DNA of 64,000 nucleotides, taken from assembly GCA_964016885.1 (NCBI GenBank), contig OZ024744.1, forward strand, positions 54,002,001-54,066,000, given 5' to 3'. This DNA is from Eledone cirrhosa. Lineage: Eukaryota. Positions 11,401 through 25,964 of the stretch are shown piece after piece (the first letter of the stretch is position 1; each line of letters starts with the position of its first letter). Position numbers and translations under genes: made by a program. The notes beneath the pieces were generated by a model. It was given only the letters and a program-made list of their open reading frames with translations, searched no databases and was not told the origin of the DNA.

Positions 11401-14400
11401 ATCACGAATTTGTGGTCCGTGTAGCTGACTATCTTGAATTGTGGACAGCCTATGCTAGACCTATCTATTTCCCTACAAAATACTCTATCTAGATATGATC
11501 TGGATGACCCTATGCGATTTGTCCAAGTCCACATTGGCACATTCGGGAAATCCAATCGGTACCTGTCAGACAGTTCAAAACGCCTGAGCAGGTTGGTGAG
11601 GCTCTTGCACCCTCCACCCCTATCCGCTAATCCCACACAGTCCCAGCGTGCATCTAAGATCCCGTTCCAGTCGCCCACTAACACTAAAGACGTTCCAAGA
11701 AAGGTCTCCAGACGCCGGAAGAAATCAGGCTGCCCTGCTCCTGTCGGGGCATAGACGGCCACTAACCTGAAAGCTTGCCCGTCTCCGCTGGTCACGTCCC
11801 GCACCGCCAACTTACCCTCTGGGTCCAGGAAGATGGCCCGTATGGCGAGATCCAAACCTCTCCGAAAAAGCACAGCAACTCCTCCCCCCGATCCAGGACG
11901 GCTGGGAGATGCGTACACATCGTAGCCGCCGAAGATCGGTGCGAAGGCCCGTGCTTCGGAGATTCTGGTCTCGCTGATGGCCACTTCATCTATGTTTAGT
12001 GACCTGAGGTCGTTGAGCAGGTGACCCTGCTTCCATGGCGACCCCAAGCCATGCTGCCTATTCTGAGTGAGGTTATGTTTAAAATAGAGTGGAAAAGATG
12101 GGAAAGACCACTTACCGTACTTTTCGTAGAGGAGGGATGCTTTTTACATCCCTTTTCACTTGATCGTCTGGTGAAGGACCGTTAGATCGTCCCTTCGGCT
12201 GGTCGTCGGCTCTTCTATGAGTATGTCCGAATATACTCTTCGGTTGATGGTTCCTCCTAGGTCTCTGAAATCACAAACTGCGTTGGGGAATTTTGTTTTA
12301 ATGTTTGTGTATTGTTTCTGTGCTATTTTTGGCAGTCTTATGTTAGTTGGCGTTTTGCTGGTGCTGGTATTATGTAGTCGTGTTGTGAAATGTCTGTGTG
12401 TTCAATTATGTAAGTCATTAGTTTCTTGTATGTATTTATTGCCGTGCATTTGTTTTTCTGGGGGTGGGGTGTGGTTCTGCTATTTTCTTGTCGTTTTTGC
12501 TGGGTGTGTGTGTTTTGTTGTTGTGTTTGCGATGTTGGTGCTTGTGGTGGTGGTGTTGAAGGTGTTGTTGGCGGTGTGGTTGTCGCCGGTGGTAATGGTG
12601 GTGTTAGTGTGGATGGTGATGGTGTTGGTGGTGTTGCTGCTGTGAGTCTCTTTGCAGTAGACTTTACCCATTTTTCATTTCTTTCCTCCTTTTTCAAAGG
12701 CGACGATGCGCTGCTTCTGCGTTTGTGCCTTCTTACGACCTTTTGCCATCCCTCTCCCACTTCACACTCCATGTCTGATTCTGTGAGGTCGAGGAGGGGT
12801 ACCAGCTCCACTCATTCACTTGTTGTTGTTGGTGATGTTTGCACTGGAGTCTCTTTTGCAGCTGCATTTGGTATTGCTGTTCTTGTTGTTAATACTTCCA
12901 CTGCTGCTGCTGTTTTTGATTTCCGTGGCGTGGGTATGGGTGCAACGGACCTATCGTTCCTGGTTGCGGCTTGTCCTGTTGCTGGTAGCCGTGGAGCCGG
13001 TTTCGGAAGGAGGGGGGTTTTCTCCTTTCTCAGGGTCTTCTCGTTGCAGAAGGCCCTGAGGTGAGTCTTCGATCCACAGCGAAAGCATTTCGGGCGTTTG
13101 CCCTCAACACTTATGAGCAGTTGAGTGCCGTTATCGAAGTCTATCACATCCGGGATAGCTTTGATGCACTCCTGGTTGGTTTGGATTAACATCTCAATGG
13201 AGGTGCCGACCCAATCTTCTCTTACTTTTTTCTGTACTTGTAGTAGAGTTGTTTTGTCCTCGATTCCGACGAGGACAGACGCGGCCAGCCAAGAATGAAC
13301 CATCCCGGGGGCGACGTGGGTCAGTTTGACCCTCACAATTTTTTGCCCGCAGTAGGAGGGCACCAACACCATTTCCTCGCTCCTTAGGGTCACTACGGAT
13401 TGAGCCTTTTCCTCCTGGGGTGTGGCAAAAAGTACGTCTACGGTGGCATATTTCTTGCCTCGGGTGATGTGCGTTTTCCGCTGCCACACAGACCCCAAGG
13501 CTTTTTGTACTTACTGTACGGTACGTGACCGAAAAAATTTTCCGCTGCCTTGCAGATTGCTCGGTGTCTAGTTTTTGTCACCATCTTCTTCGCTTCCTCT
13601 AATTCCTCATTTGTTATGTGCATGGTTTCCAGGTTCTTTGCGATACCTGCAAACGAGATTGGTTTTTCTTTGCTGCTGTTGTTTTTGTTGTTTTCGTCAG
13701 AGCTGCTGTTACTTTTGTTGTTGCTGCAGGTACTACGACTACTGCCGCCGCCGCTGTTGCTGTGGTTGTTGTTGTTGTTGCTGCTGCTAATGCTGTTGTT
13801 GTTTATGCTGCTGCTGATGCTGTTGCGGCTGCTACTGTTGTTTTCATTGTCACTGTTGCTGTTCTTATTACGGCTGCTACTGCTATTATTCCTGACGTCA
13901 GACGAATGAAATGGGTTTTCGTATTTCCCGCACACCTGTTTCGTCGTTGTCGTCGTCGTCGTGGAGAAATCTTGCACGCTTTGCACGAGACTTTTCTTTT
14001 CTGTCGTCGCTTGCGAAAGAGAAGGGAGGGAGAGAGACACATTTAAAGAAGGGAGGGAGAGAGACATATTTAAAGAAGGGAGGGAGAGAGACATATTTAA
14101 AGAAGGGAGGGAGAGAGACAATCTTCTCTCTGCTGTAGTGACGATTGAGGAAGGAGAAGTCGGAATGAGTGGGAGTGACCTATGAAAATTCTTTTTCGTA
14201 GCCATGTTGTTTTTTTTTGTTTAAAATAAATAATGGGCACAAAACCTCAATAAGCGGTTATTTAACCCGAAGGGCCAAATAACAGGCAGAAAGACCCCCA
14301 TCACGAGGAGGAGGGTGTTTTTGTCTACAAGTTGGTTAAAGTTTTAAACAACTTACAATTGTTATAGCGTTCAAAATTTACAATACCTTACAGAGCCGAG

Positions 14401-14421
14401 CCTCCGTCAACCATAGCATTC
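8461..14421 (-). mobile_element. L1/Tx1-clade two-ORF non-LTR retrotransposon, copy a (full span, frameshifted)
   Basis: ORF1 pieces with CFRCGSKTHLRAFC knuckle; APE endonuclease (VAISET, VYAP, GDWNG, YTDH); RT (LDQSKAFD, VRQG, AYADD); C-terminal CPRC..ETVLHALVQC; flanked by (AAT)n on both sides. Confidence 0.88.
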
Positions 14422-14712
<291 letters not shown>

Positions 14713-14719
14713 TAACAAT

Positions 14720-15100
14720 TAACGGTGCTGCGATCGATTGTGGCTTTTTAGCACAGCCAATGATCTAAAATGTCTTGCACAGAGTCGGCAACCAAAACAT
14801 TCACTGGGAATAGCCGGCTGTGGTTGGAGTTCGTGTACTTTTGCAGTTTGTCAGAGCCCGCCTGCTGATCTACACTCTCTAACATATGCTTGGCAGGCAT
14901 GATGACAGTAGTCTTGAGACTGACATTCAATCCGAGGGGAGTGCAAGCATCAGAAAATGCATTCAAAATGTGCTGTATATCACTTTCTGTGCGCTACAAG
15001 ATCGCAATCAACTGCATACAAGAGGTCTCTTATGATTGATGTAAATACTTTTGCTTTTGCAGCAAGGCGTCTGATGTTAAATATGCTGCCAGAGGTCTGG
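14720..15100 (-). mobile_element. RTE-clade LINE fragment (part of RT joined to a short downstream segment)
   Basis: Matches 18355-18550 of the larger RTE (IRDLLYA.DCDLVAH, GLNVSLKT). Confidence 0.7.
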
Positions 15101-15192
15101 TACATACATACATACATACATACATACATACATACATACATACATACATACATACATACATACATACATACATACATACATACATACATACA
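15101..15192. repeat. (TACA)n microsatellite; further tracts at ~15603-15692, 26428-26496, 27101-27206, 28228-28388
   Basis: Direct reading; each tract abuts an RTE-derived end. Confidence 0.95.
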
Positions 15193-15600
15193 TGGTGGCT
15201 GCCAACTCGTTTTCGAGTACGGCCACTACTTTATATCCATGTAGGAGAACCCCTACCGATGCGCTGAACAAGTGTGACTTTTTAGTCCAGCCAGCGACTT
15301 GAAAACTCTAGTACAAACACTACACCTGTGACAATTATTGACACGTAGTGCTGGGCCCATGGTACCATGTGACGACAAGTGCAGAGAGATCTCCAGATAT
15401 AAAGCAATGCCTGTGCCGTGAAGCTTTTATAGTGAGCAAAGGCACTGCACAAAGCCAGTCCCACTCTCTTAACCAAGATGATATTTACCAAAAAGAAGAA
15501 CAAGTCAACATCATTGGATACCATCAGGGTTGCAGGTGTTATATCAGAGTTTTGCTTCTCCTAGAATTCTGCCTTGACAAAGGCTAAGGGGTCATCTCTC
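15193..15600 (-). mobile_element. Non-autonomous bipartite RTE derivative (5'-UTR-like part + RTE 3' end), copy 1
   Basis: 15193-15372 equals the RTE 3' end at 27207-27386; remainder carries ctaggagaagcaaaactctga and recurs at 26145-26370 and 26678-26900. Confidence 0.7.
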
Positions 15601-15696
15601 AAACATACATACATACATACATACATGCATACATACATACATACATACATACATACATACATACATACATACATACATACATACATACATACACAA

Positions 15697-17612
15697 TATG
15701 GCGACCGTTGTGGTCAGTGTCCGATAATCGGACGTGTGTAATTACGGCTTACATGAAGGCAACATACCATATATTGGAAAAAGTTGAGCTACATTACGCG
15801 GTAAGATTACATACAATAATTCTACATAAGTGTTTGAACTGTAAGTGTGTTGTAAAACACCTATTTATATGAACGATACATACACTTATGATATATGAAC
15901 GATACATACACTTTAACATATAAATGCAACGTTGTTATATTACATTTATAAAGAAATATACAAGTAACGTTTTCGATTCAGAAACAAAAATATAAGTGTT
16001 TGAACTGTGAATATGTTGTGAATAAGTTGTAGAACACCTATTTATAGGAATGATACATACACTTTAACATATAAATACAGCGTTGTTATATTATATTACA
16101 TTCATAAAGGAATATACTAAGTAACGGCTCTTTTTGTTCTCGATTCAAACGATTCAAGAACAACGTTTAAAACACAGTTGTAGAATTAAAAACTAACTGA
16201 AAAGAAATATTACCCAAGCTGTGAATAACTTTAAATTTGATTCTGACAGAACTTTGTCGTAACTTTTAAAGAAGATCATCGACTATTTTGAAAAATAAAT
16301 ACGAAATATTAGTGAATAGACGAACTCATTATGGCAAAAAGTACAAGTCTCCTTCGACCAAATCGCAATTACAACCGTTGTACACAGTGGAGCTACGAGC
16401 TTAACAAAGTATTATATGAAGCATACAAACAATCTGAACCCCAAAAGTTCGGTTTTATGCAAAGGCTAAAAACTTTATGGAACTCCAAACACCCAGAATT
16501 AGACTTTTCTCCAAAGCATTTAAATGAACAGGCAAAACGTATCATTAGATGTAAATTGATACATCTAACGGAATTGAGTGATACTACAAATACAGCCCTT
16601 GTAGACAACCACCCCACCTCCACTGACAGACAAAGAGAATGGCCAGCTAAATCTAACAGTGAACAGCTCATCAACAATTTTGCTGAAATCCATCCCACTT
16701 CCACTGAAGAACAGCGAGAAAGGTCAGCTGACTCTAGTAGTAATTGTCACCACATCAACAACGAGGCTGAAATTCATGACTCTACTGAACAAACAGAGCA
16801 CCAACAACTTGTGGGCTCCCTACAAGTGATATGGAACGATATGTTTCAAGAGATACACAGCCTTAATGTGAGTGACAGACCATACAACACTAGAGTCAGT
16901 AAAGAACCCACTAAATTGGAATTGGAAGCGGTGAACGAAATAGCTGGCAGTTATCTGAAGGCTATACGATCTAAAGGTGTAGAAACGACATTTGAAACGC
17001 TTAATGTTTTGTTATATGTTTCAGCTGTCACATTGCTATCATATAACACACATCTAAAACCACGCAATCAAGATACAAGCAGAAAGCCTGAACCATCGTG
17101 GATGCGAAATTTAAAATCAAAAATTTTGTCCCTGAGACGAAGTATCTCACACATCGCAGTCGTTATGAAATGCAACATAGAGAGCAACTTCACACGACAC
17201 CAGGAAGACCTAAAGAAAAAGTTAGAGAGACGATTTGGAGATACCAAATTTAAAACTTTGAACTCCAAATTACACCAGTTGAAACAACTCACAGCTACAA
17301 CAGAAAGACTGAAATATAAGTCAACAGCACATAAACGACAAGTGCTAAATAGATTGTTTGCCAGAGATCCTAAATCAGTTTATCGCAGCTTCGGTGGTAA
17401 AAGCTCAATTTCTGTAAATGACACCCCTTCAAAAGAACAGGTTGAGAGCTACTGGAGATCTGTATGGGAAACGGATGACGGATTCAACAGACAAGCTAAT
17501 TGGCTAAAAGAACTGGAACAGGACTACTGCCAACATGTCCAGACAAAACAATATGACATAGATGGGTCAATACTGGAAACAGCTCTACAGAAAATGTCGA
17601 ATAGGAAATCGC
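15697..17612 (+). mobile_element. 5' part of a second R4/Dong-like family, truncated before the RT core
   Basis: ORF 16331-17617 aligns with the N-terminus of the 1130-aa protein: WSYELN/WTKELN, EPSWMRNL/EPWWKKRL, YWRSVWE/FWRGIWE, KMSNRKS/KLTNWKS; 5' boundary uncertain. Confidence 0.7.
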
Positions 17613-17617
17613 ATTAG
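16331..17617 (+). pseudogene. N-terminal 428 aa of an R4/Dong-like ORF, cut off at the junction with an RTE
   Basis: Homology by eye to the 273-3665 protein up to the KSPG motif. Confidence 0.7.
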
Positions 17618-20600
17618 GAGGACCCTCGCCGTCTGGAAGTGCAACGGCAAGGCCTTTCCTCACATCCCGTTTTACTTTCTCGTATGCGATTCGAGATGCC
17701 TCAAAGGCAACTTTTCCCTCATATACAATATTTCTCCATTTATTACCATCAGCAGCAACATTTTCCCATATATCAGCAGAGATGTTAGCGTCTTTCAAAG
17801 AGGCTTTCAAGGAATCTGTTTACCCATTTTGGTTTATGTGGAGGTCGTTTTCCTTTAAATAAAAGAGTTGTTTTGGTATTCTAGAATCCTTCACCTTGGC
17901 AAGGTGACCACTCCAACGGAGTCGTTGCTTAAGCATAAGAGCTTCTATACTGTCACACATAGAGCTTTCCAAAATCTCGACATCACTGATGTGGTCCCTC
18001 CAGTGAACGCCATGGATCCGTCTGAGACACATCTGATGGAAACGCTCCAATTGTTTAAGGTGGTGTCGATTTGTGACCCAGGTCTCGCAGGCATAAAGAA
18101 GACAAGAGAGCACACATGCCTTGTACACCTTTACCTTTGTCTTCTTGCATATGTCTCGCCGACGCCAGAGTCGCCTTTCTAGCTTTCCGAAAGCATCACT
18201 TGCTTTCCTAATCCTGAGTGGGATTTCATTATCAAGGTTGGTGTATCGATTGATAGTGCTTCCCAGGTAGACAAACTGATCAACCACTCCAAGTCATTTA
18301 CCATACACATAGATATTTGGTTCACTGTAATGCTTACCAGGGGCAGGTTGGTACATGACTACGGTTTTCTTGAGACTGACAGTCAATCCTAGGGCAGTGC
18401 AAGCATCAGCAAATGCATTCAAAATGTGCTGCATTTCACTCGCTGTGTGCGCTACAAGATCGCAATTATCTGCATACAAGAGGTCTCTTATGATTGATGT
18501 AAATACTTTTGTTTTTGCTGCAAAGCGCCTGATGTTAAATATGCTGTCTGAGGTTCGGTATCGGATGTAAACACCATGCTCGCACTTCCTGAATGCAATA
18601 TAGAAAACCATTGCAAAGTATATGGCAAACAGGGTCGGTGCTGGAATATACCCCTGTTTCACTCCATTTTTTACTGAGATAGGCTCCGACATATTACCTC
18701 CGACATTAACCTAAACCTTCATGTCGGCATGGAAAGACCTAACTAAAGCAAGGAACTTATCAGGGCACCCAAGTTTCTGGAGAACCTTCCATAATGCATT
18801 TCTGTTAACAGTATCGAAAGTGTTTGTCAGATCGACAAAAACCTGATACAAATCCAAACCTTGTTCCATGCACTTCTCTTGGAGCTGTCTAGCTGAGAAT
18901 ATTATATCGGTAGTGTCGCCTCCAGCACGAAAACCAGATTGACTTTCAGGAAAAAGACAATCTGCAATGTGTGTCAGCAGACGGTCCAGAAGCACCCTAC
19001 ATAAAACTTTGCCTACGACAGAAAACAATGATATACCTCTGTAGTTCCCACAATCATTCATGTTACCATTTCCCTTGTACAAGACCACCATTACTGCATC
19101 TCTACAATCCTCAGGTACAGATTCATTAGCCCCTATCCTGCCAAACAGAGAGTGAAGATGTTGCAGGAGTCTCTCACCATTATATTGTAGGAGCTCTGCG
19201 TGTATGCCATCCATACCTGGAGACCTTCCACTGTTCAGCTTCGAGATAGCCACTGCAACCTCTACAAGCGTCGGAGGTTCTGCGAGAACTACTTTCACAG
19301 GACTTTCTGGAATGAGTTTGAGGAAATCTTCATTGACGACAGACGGCTGATTCAAAAGCTCATGAAAGTGCTCTCGCCACCTTCGTAGAATTCCTTGTGA
19401 GTCACGAAGAAGTTCTTTGCCATCCTTTCTGCGAAGCGGAGTCACCAGAGAAGAAGACGGTCCATAATCTTCACGCAAGAGACTGTACAATAGCTTTGTG
19501 TTATTGGAATCTGACGCAGTTTGTATCTCATCAGCCTTCTCACTCCACCACTGATCCTTCATCTGAGAAAGACTCCGCCTAACACGCGATTTCACATCTT
19601 TGAGTTCCTTATGCAACATATTCTTCTACTGTGGTTTTGCCGTCAAGTAGCGTGACAGAGCACGCCTCTTATCAGCCAACAAGTCTTCTATATGTTCATC
19701 ATTCTCATTAAACCATTCTTGATGTTTTCTCTGCACCAATCCCAGAACACGCCTGCCTACATCATAACTCGACTTTTTAAGGGTAAGCCAATCCTCACCA
19801 AGATCTGCAACCTGCATCTCTTCTTGCAATGTCTTCTTCACATTTTTATCCCTAAGACGAGCAGCATTCAATCTTCTGGGCAGGGCAACACCAGGGACCC
19901 GGATTTTACGTTTAGTGATTAGTTTCACTTTTGCGCGTACCAGGCGGTGGTTCGTCCAACACTCAGTTCCACAAAGGGCACGAACACACTGCACATCCCG
20001 TCTGTCACGCATCCTGACTAGGACGTAGTCCAAAAGAATCCATTCCTTAGATGCAGGATGCATCCATGTGGTCTTAAATTTGTTCTTTTGTTGGAACATG
20101 GTGTTGATAACACACAAATCCAGCTCCTCACACATCTGCAGCAGGAGCATACTATTGTTGTTACACTTTTCCACCCCATGCCTTCCGATTACATTCCATG
20201 TGTTAAAATCCATACCCCCTCTAGCATTAAAGTCACCAAGCACGATGACTTTGTCTGCCTGAGGGATATTTCTTAAAATACCTTTCAAGGCATGGTAAAA
20301 GGACACTTTTTCTTCATCGACAGAATTCATAGTTGGAGCATACACACTCACCAGGGTCGCATCATCCTTTGTCCAGCGGAATTCATGGACATAAGACGCT
20401 CACTAATCCCTACTAATCCCTACTGGGAATTCTTCTAATTTATTCACAAGAACAATCTTAACAGCAAATGCTACCCCAGCCTCTCTTCTGGTTCCTTCAT
20501 CTCTTCCTTTCCAGAAGAATGTATATTCTCCACAAAATTCTGTAAGATGACTATCTACAGCTAACCTCGTCTCAGATAAAGCTATGTCGAAGCTCCTTTA

Positions 20601-20700
20601 CAACAAGAGCGGTCCTTCGTTCAGGACGTTCCATGGAATCCCTGTCAAGCAGCGTCCGTACGTTCCAGCAGCCAAGACTAAATGCCTTGTTTGGCTCTAT
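17613..20700 (-). mobile_element. RTE (BovB-like) LINE, decayed single ORF (APE endonuclease + RT)
   Basis: LGCWNVRTLLD..RPERRTALV, SVYAPT, LGDFNAR, TTWMHP, NYRGISL, ESQSGFR, VDLTNTFDTV, GVKQG, LLYADNCDL, LRWSGHL across frameshifted fragments. Confidence 0.88.
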
Positions 20701-20859
20701 TACAGTAGCACGATGACGAGCGGGCCCAGGCTGTGATAACATGTGGCCCCTGCCCTTATTGCTAATTGTCTCTTTTGTTCCTGAACCTTTATTGCCAATT
20801 ATCTCTTTTATATTGTTTTGGAACATCATTGAATTGGGAAAAGAAGAAAAAAAAATAAT

Positions 20860-20930
20860 TGTTTCTACTTTAGGCACAAGGCCAGCAATTATCCAGTGCA
20901 TTACTGGTACTTTATTTTATCGACCCCGTA
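20860..20930 (-). mobile_element. SINE 3' fragment
   Basis: Near-identical to 7351-7420. Confidence 0.75.
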
Positions 20931-20999
20931 AAAAAAAAAGTAATAATAGTAACAATAATAATAATAATAATAATACACAATTAATAATGATTAAATAAT

Positions 21000-21135
21000 G
21001 CTTTCTTTATTAACCACAAGGGTTTACATAAAGTAGACATTAAGGACAGTACAGGACAATACTGGACGGTACAAAAGGGCATTTCTGCGTGTAAAAAAAC
21101 AAAAAACAGAGGATGTAATAATAGAACAATGAAAG
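21000..21135 (-). mobile_element. Tx1 3'-terminal fragment (5'-truncated) next to degenerate (AAT)n
   Basis: Matches 8461-8595. Confidence 0.8.
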
Positions 21136-21149
21136 AATTATTAATTAAT

Positions 21150-21412
21150 GCAATCGTGCAATGCCTTAGCGTGAAGCATATTTTTAAAGTGAGGAAAGAC
21201 TGTGCACTGAACCAATCTCACTCTCTGAGCGACAGTAGCTATAACACGAAAAGTAGAAAAGATCAACATCATCGGTTACTACTGAGCCGCAGGTTTTATG
21301 TCGGAGTTAACCCAGTTTCCTGAGACGCCTTCTCCTAGCAGAATGCCCTGACAAGGGCTAGGGGCTCTTCACTCCCAGTGGTCTAACTGGGCGATCGGGT
21401 ATCCAGCCCGAC
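21150..21412 (-). mobile_element. RTE-5'-UTR-related short repeat; second copy at ~28450-28710
   Basis: Two diverged copies; shares ctaggagaagg and gtgagattggttcagtgca motifs with the other RTE-derived pieces. Confidence 0.55.
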
Positions 21413-21853
21413 TATTTCTATGTCCCCGCGCATAAAAAAAACTCACTTATTGACACTCATACGCACAACATACACACACGCGCACACACACATAGATACA
21501 TACGCGCGCACACACCAACACTCATGGATACAAACACACACACATACACACACACACACATATATATATGTGTGTGTGTGCCCGAGAAAATATGTGTCAT
21601 TAAGCGAAGCGCACATATGGTTATTTTTTCATATCCAATTGAGTTCTGAGCACGTGGCTTGAATTCTTATCGGAATTCAACTACCTGCGCATGTATTGTT
21701 TTGGCGGTAATCTCCTTCCACCAATTTTCGAGACAGTGTGAGATTTTCTTTAGAACTGCTGGACTAACAACCTAGCAGCTACCTCAAGCACTGATGGTGA
21801 TTATCGCTAAATATTGATGTTGATTTGGTTATCAATATTAATATTATTGGGCA

Positions 21854-21976
21854 CCCACTGAAGATTTATAAGAGCCCACTTGTATAAGTATCTGTTGATC
21901 TTATACAAGCTTCTACATAATTTGGTATAATTTCAGCCAACTTGTAGAAATCTTATAATGAAACGAGTCGCCTGGG
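21854..21976 (+). ncRNA. Type I hammerhead-like motif with branched stem II (cleavage triplet mutated)
   Basis: ccca CTGAAGA t ttataaga...tcttataa t GAAA cgagtcg cc tggg. Confidence 0.55.
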
Positions 21977-22147
21977 AAGTGATATATTTGATATATCTCA
22001 TATGAAATGATACAGCCAATTCTCCACACAATACAATATAGTAAGCACCCCGAACGTTTAATTAGGAATATACTCAGATATTTCCTAATGTGTGTTGAGT
22101 GGGTTGGAATTTGGCCGGAGTATCGCTATTAGCTTTCTTCGTTTATG

Positions 22148-22498
<351 letters not shown>

Positions 22499-22499
22499 G

Positions 22500-24600
22500 C
22501 TAGCAACTACAGGATCTCCTACTTCCTCTCAATGGTTATACGCCCCATAATCAAGATGTCCCCAGATGTATGTGACAGAGGACCTCCTCAGCAGAATCAG
22601 TGAGTGCAACAAAAACAGGAGCCTATCCAACTGCATAATAGGCAGCATGGATGTGGTGTCACTGTACCCATCCATTAACATTGATTTTGCTGTGAAAAGA
22701 TGCGTGGAGATGATCATTGGGAGTGAGGTGGAGTTCTGCGACGTCGACACAGACGAACTGGGCCTCCTACTTAGACTTACCTACGACACTGACTACCTAG
22801 ACAGCCATAACCTTAGACGTTTCTGCCCCAGTAGACCTATAAGAGGTAGACCCCCCCCACCATAACCTCAATGGCAAAAAAGACTCCCATGGGAAGGTGG
22901 ACCAAAGCTATACGGACCCCCAAAACAATGATCAGGTAAGAAAAATGGTCGCACATTCAATAGGGGCTAGTATCAAAACTACCCTAAAGGGCCACATATT
23001 CAAGTTCAACGAGAAGATCTACACCCAAAATGAGGGAGCAGCCATCGGCGTCAGCATAGCTGGTGATGTTGCCAACCTTTTCATGGTATGGTGGGAAAGG
23101 AGACTTAAAGATCTCCTTAATGAGAGCTCCATAGACCTCATCATGTACTCTCGTTATGTAGACGATATCAATATAGTTATAAGAACACCCCCACTAGAGA
23201 GCACTAACAAGTTTGATTTAGAACGTAGCACGATGGAAGCATCCAGCAGATAGCTAATTCCATACACCAGAGTATAACTGTAACTATCGACTTCCCTTCC
23301 AAACACCCTAACAATAGACTACCTGTATTAGACACAGAACTCTGGATTAACACTATAGATGAGAGAGCCCAAATTCTCCACTCACACTATGCTAAACCCA
23401 TGGCCTCCAAATACCTGATACTGAAAAACTCAGCAATGTCCAGTAGTGCTAAGTTTAATATTCTGATCGCAGATTTGGTACGAGTGATGAAGAATGTGTC
23501 CCGCATGTGCGACCCAACAGAAATGGAAAGACACATCCAACATTCATCAACCGCATGCAGTTCTCTGGCTACAACCAAAGAGACAGAGTCAGAGTATACG
23601 AAGGAGCCATGGAAAAGTATAAGACCCTCATAGAACTGGACATGAAAGAAATTTGCCCATTATACAGGAGCAAATCATGGAATAGCTTAGATAGGGCTAG
23701 ACATAAGATAGGGAAAGCCACCTCATGGTACGACAACCAGAGATACCAGAGTGTCATGTTTGTGGACGCTACCCCTGGAGAGAAATTAGCTAACCAGTGT
23801 AGAAAGGCCCTGAGAAAGACCCACTTAAAAATAAAGGTGGTAGAAAAGCCAGGAACCACCATAAAATTCCTGATCAGCAAAATTTACCCTTTTAAGAAAA
23901 CCCACTGTACCAATAGGAAATGTATCATATGTAAGGTGAACCCCGGATAAACTGTAAAACTAGAAACGTAGTCTATAGCATAAGATGTACAGAGGGTACT
24001 TGCAGAAACATGACAACAACATACATAGGTGAGACAGTTCGTAGCATAGGTGAAAGGATAGACCAACACTGGGGGGAACTTAAAGGACGAAAAAACGGGT
24101 CAGTGCTATACGAACCTGCTAGACAACAACATGACGGTAACATAGACAACATAGAAATTAGAATAATATCTAAACACTAAATGACCCAGCAGATAGGCAA
24201 ATCAGAGAGGCCAGTGAAATAGAAATTAGAAGACCAAGGCTAAACAGAAAGAATGAATGGAATAACAACAACACCCAAACAAACAACACTGACCTAAGAG
24301 AAGTATAAATAAGTAAATAAAATAAAATAAATAAATAAATAAATACATACACAAGCACATAAACACACACTAGTCACCCATCACACAGCAAACAAAACAC
24401 TATACACACACGCAAACGCATGCGCAAAGAAGACAAAATAAAATAAACAAACAAGCAAATAAATGAATAAATATATAGACAGACTGAATAAAAATGGCGT
24501 AGACATGCAATGCAACGGGAGGAAGATATAACACCAGTGACGATGTTGCAGATGTGCAACGAAAGATCTATGATAAACTATATATATGTGTTTGTGTCTA
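22500..24600 (+). mobile_element. Penelope-like element, 5'-truncated and frameshifted (RT + C-terminal GIY-YIG)
   Basis: IGSMDVVSLYPSI, TQNEGAAIG..AGDVANLFM, RYVDDI, LPVLD; TYIGETVRSIGERIDQH near 24020-24070; starts at (TA)n; hammerhead remnant at 3' end. Confidence 0.85.
24531..24575 (+). ncRNA. Degenerate minimal hammerhead at the 3' end of the Penelope copy
   Basis: GTGACGA t gttgca gatg tgcaac GAAA gatc TA; C3 is replaced by G and stem I is weak. Confidence 0.5.
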
Positions 24601-24775
24601 CATTGTATCTGTATTATTTTTGACCGTCGGTCAGTCAATGGCAACATTGAGGACCGAGTATATTAGATTACCGATATAAAAGACACAGAAGCGAGAAGTG
24701 AAAACCAACCAAACAGTGAGTGTGTTCTGTTATTAATTCTGGCAATATTACACAAATATGACCCTCCCCAAGTAT

Positions 24776-24849
<74 letters not shown>

Positions 24850-24959
24850 CCTTCACTAATGATACAAGATTACAAGATTTTGTCAACTGTTGACTTTCGA
24901 AAGAGTTCGTATAGTTGAAGCCGTTCGTATTACCGTTCAGTAATATTATGATTGCTTTA

Positions 24960-25225
24960 CAGCATAGAGCTATGGCCCTCCACGCTCCGAGCTGAAATCC
25001 CGCTGAGGTCAACCTTGCCTTTCATCCCCACGGAGTCAACAACAGAGAACACCATTAATGCGCTGGAACAATCTCTGGCTCAGTGCCAAAAGCAGAAAAA
25101 TTATTATTATTAAAGTTGTTGTTGCCGAGGTTAACTTTGCGTTTCATTCTTACGGGATCGATAAAATAAAGTACCAGTAATGCACTGGGTAATTGCTGGC
25201 CTTGTGGCATAAGTAGAAACAATTA
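24960..25225 (+). mobile_element. Two partial SINE copies in tandem
   Basis: aaatcccgctgaggtcaaccttgcctttcatcc (~24995-25030) and gccgaggttaactttg...taaagtaccagtaatgcactgg (~25124-25220). Confidence 0.65.
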
Positions 25226-25964
25226 TTAAAGTTGGTGTTTTCTTAAGGCCCGGTCGCTGGTGGATGGTGGTGGTTGTGGTGGTGGTGGTCGATGTTGTTG
25301 GCAGTTGATGTTGTTGTGTTGTGTGTGTGTTTTTTATTTGTTGTCTGTTCGTGGGGTAAGTTTTTAATTAATTTTTGTATTCTGAAACATCAAAATACAA
25401 CAATTTTTTGGTCACTGGACTCGGGAATGTCATGACAGAAGTTTGTGGAAGTTACACAAATATTTTAGTATATTTTAGCAGAGCAATCCTTATTTATATT
25501 TTACATTTTACATTTACTTACATCTCAATATAACATGGCTAAATTCAAATTTTGCAAAGAGAAGAAAACGGACAAATGAACTAGATACATATCGCTGCCC
25601 ACCGCCACCACACTAACGTCTACACTCTCTCCCTACCACCACATTTACATTTACACATGTCATTACCCTTGTAGACTTGAAGTCACCGGCCTGTTGTCAA
25701 ACTCTCTACTCTGTGTTGAATGTGTATATATATATATATGTATGTATATGTGTGTATATACATCACTCAGTCAAACGACCAGATTTCAACCCCAACATCT
25801 ACAACAAGACCGGCACTAATGTTTACAGCAACAACAGCTTCAGAATGAAATGAAATGAACATTTACAGCAACAGCGGCATCAAACGATAAAAACAAACAC
25901 ACAAAAAACATACATATACATTCATACATATATACATACATACAAACATGCATACATACATGCA

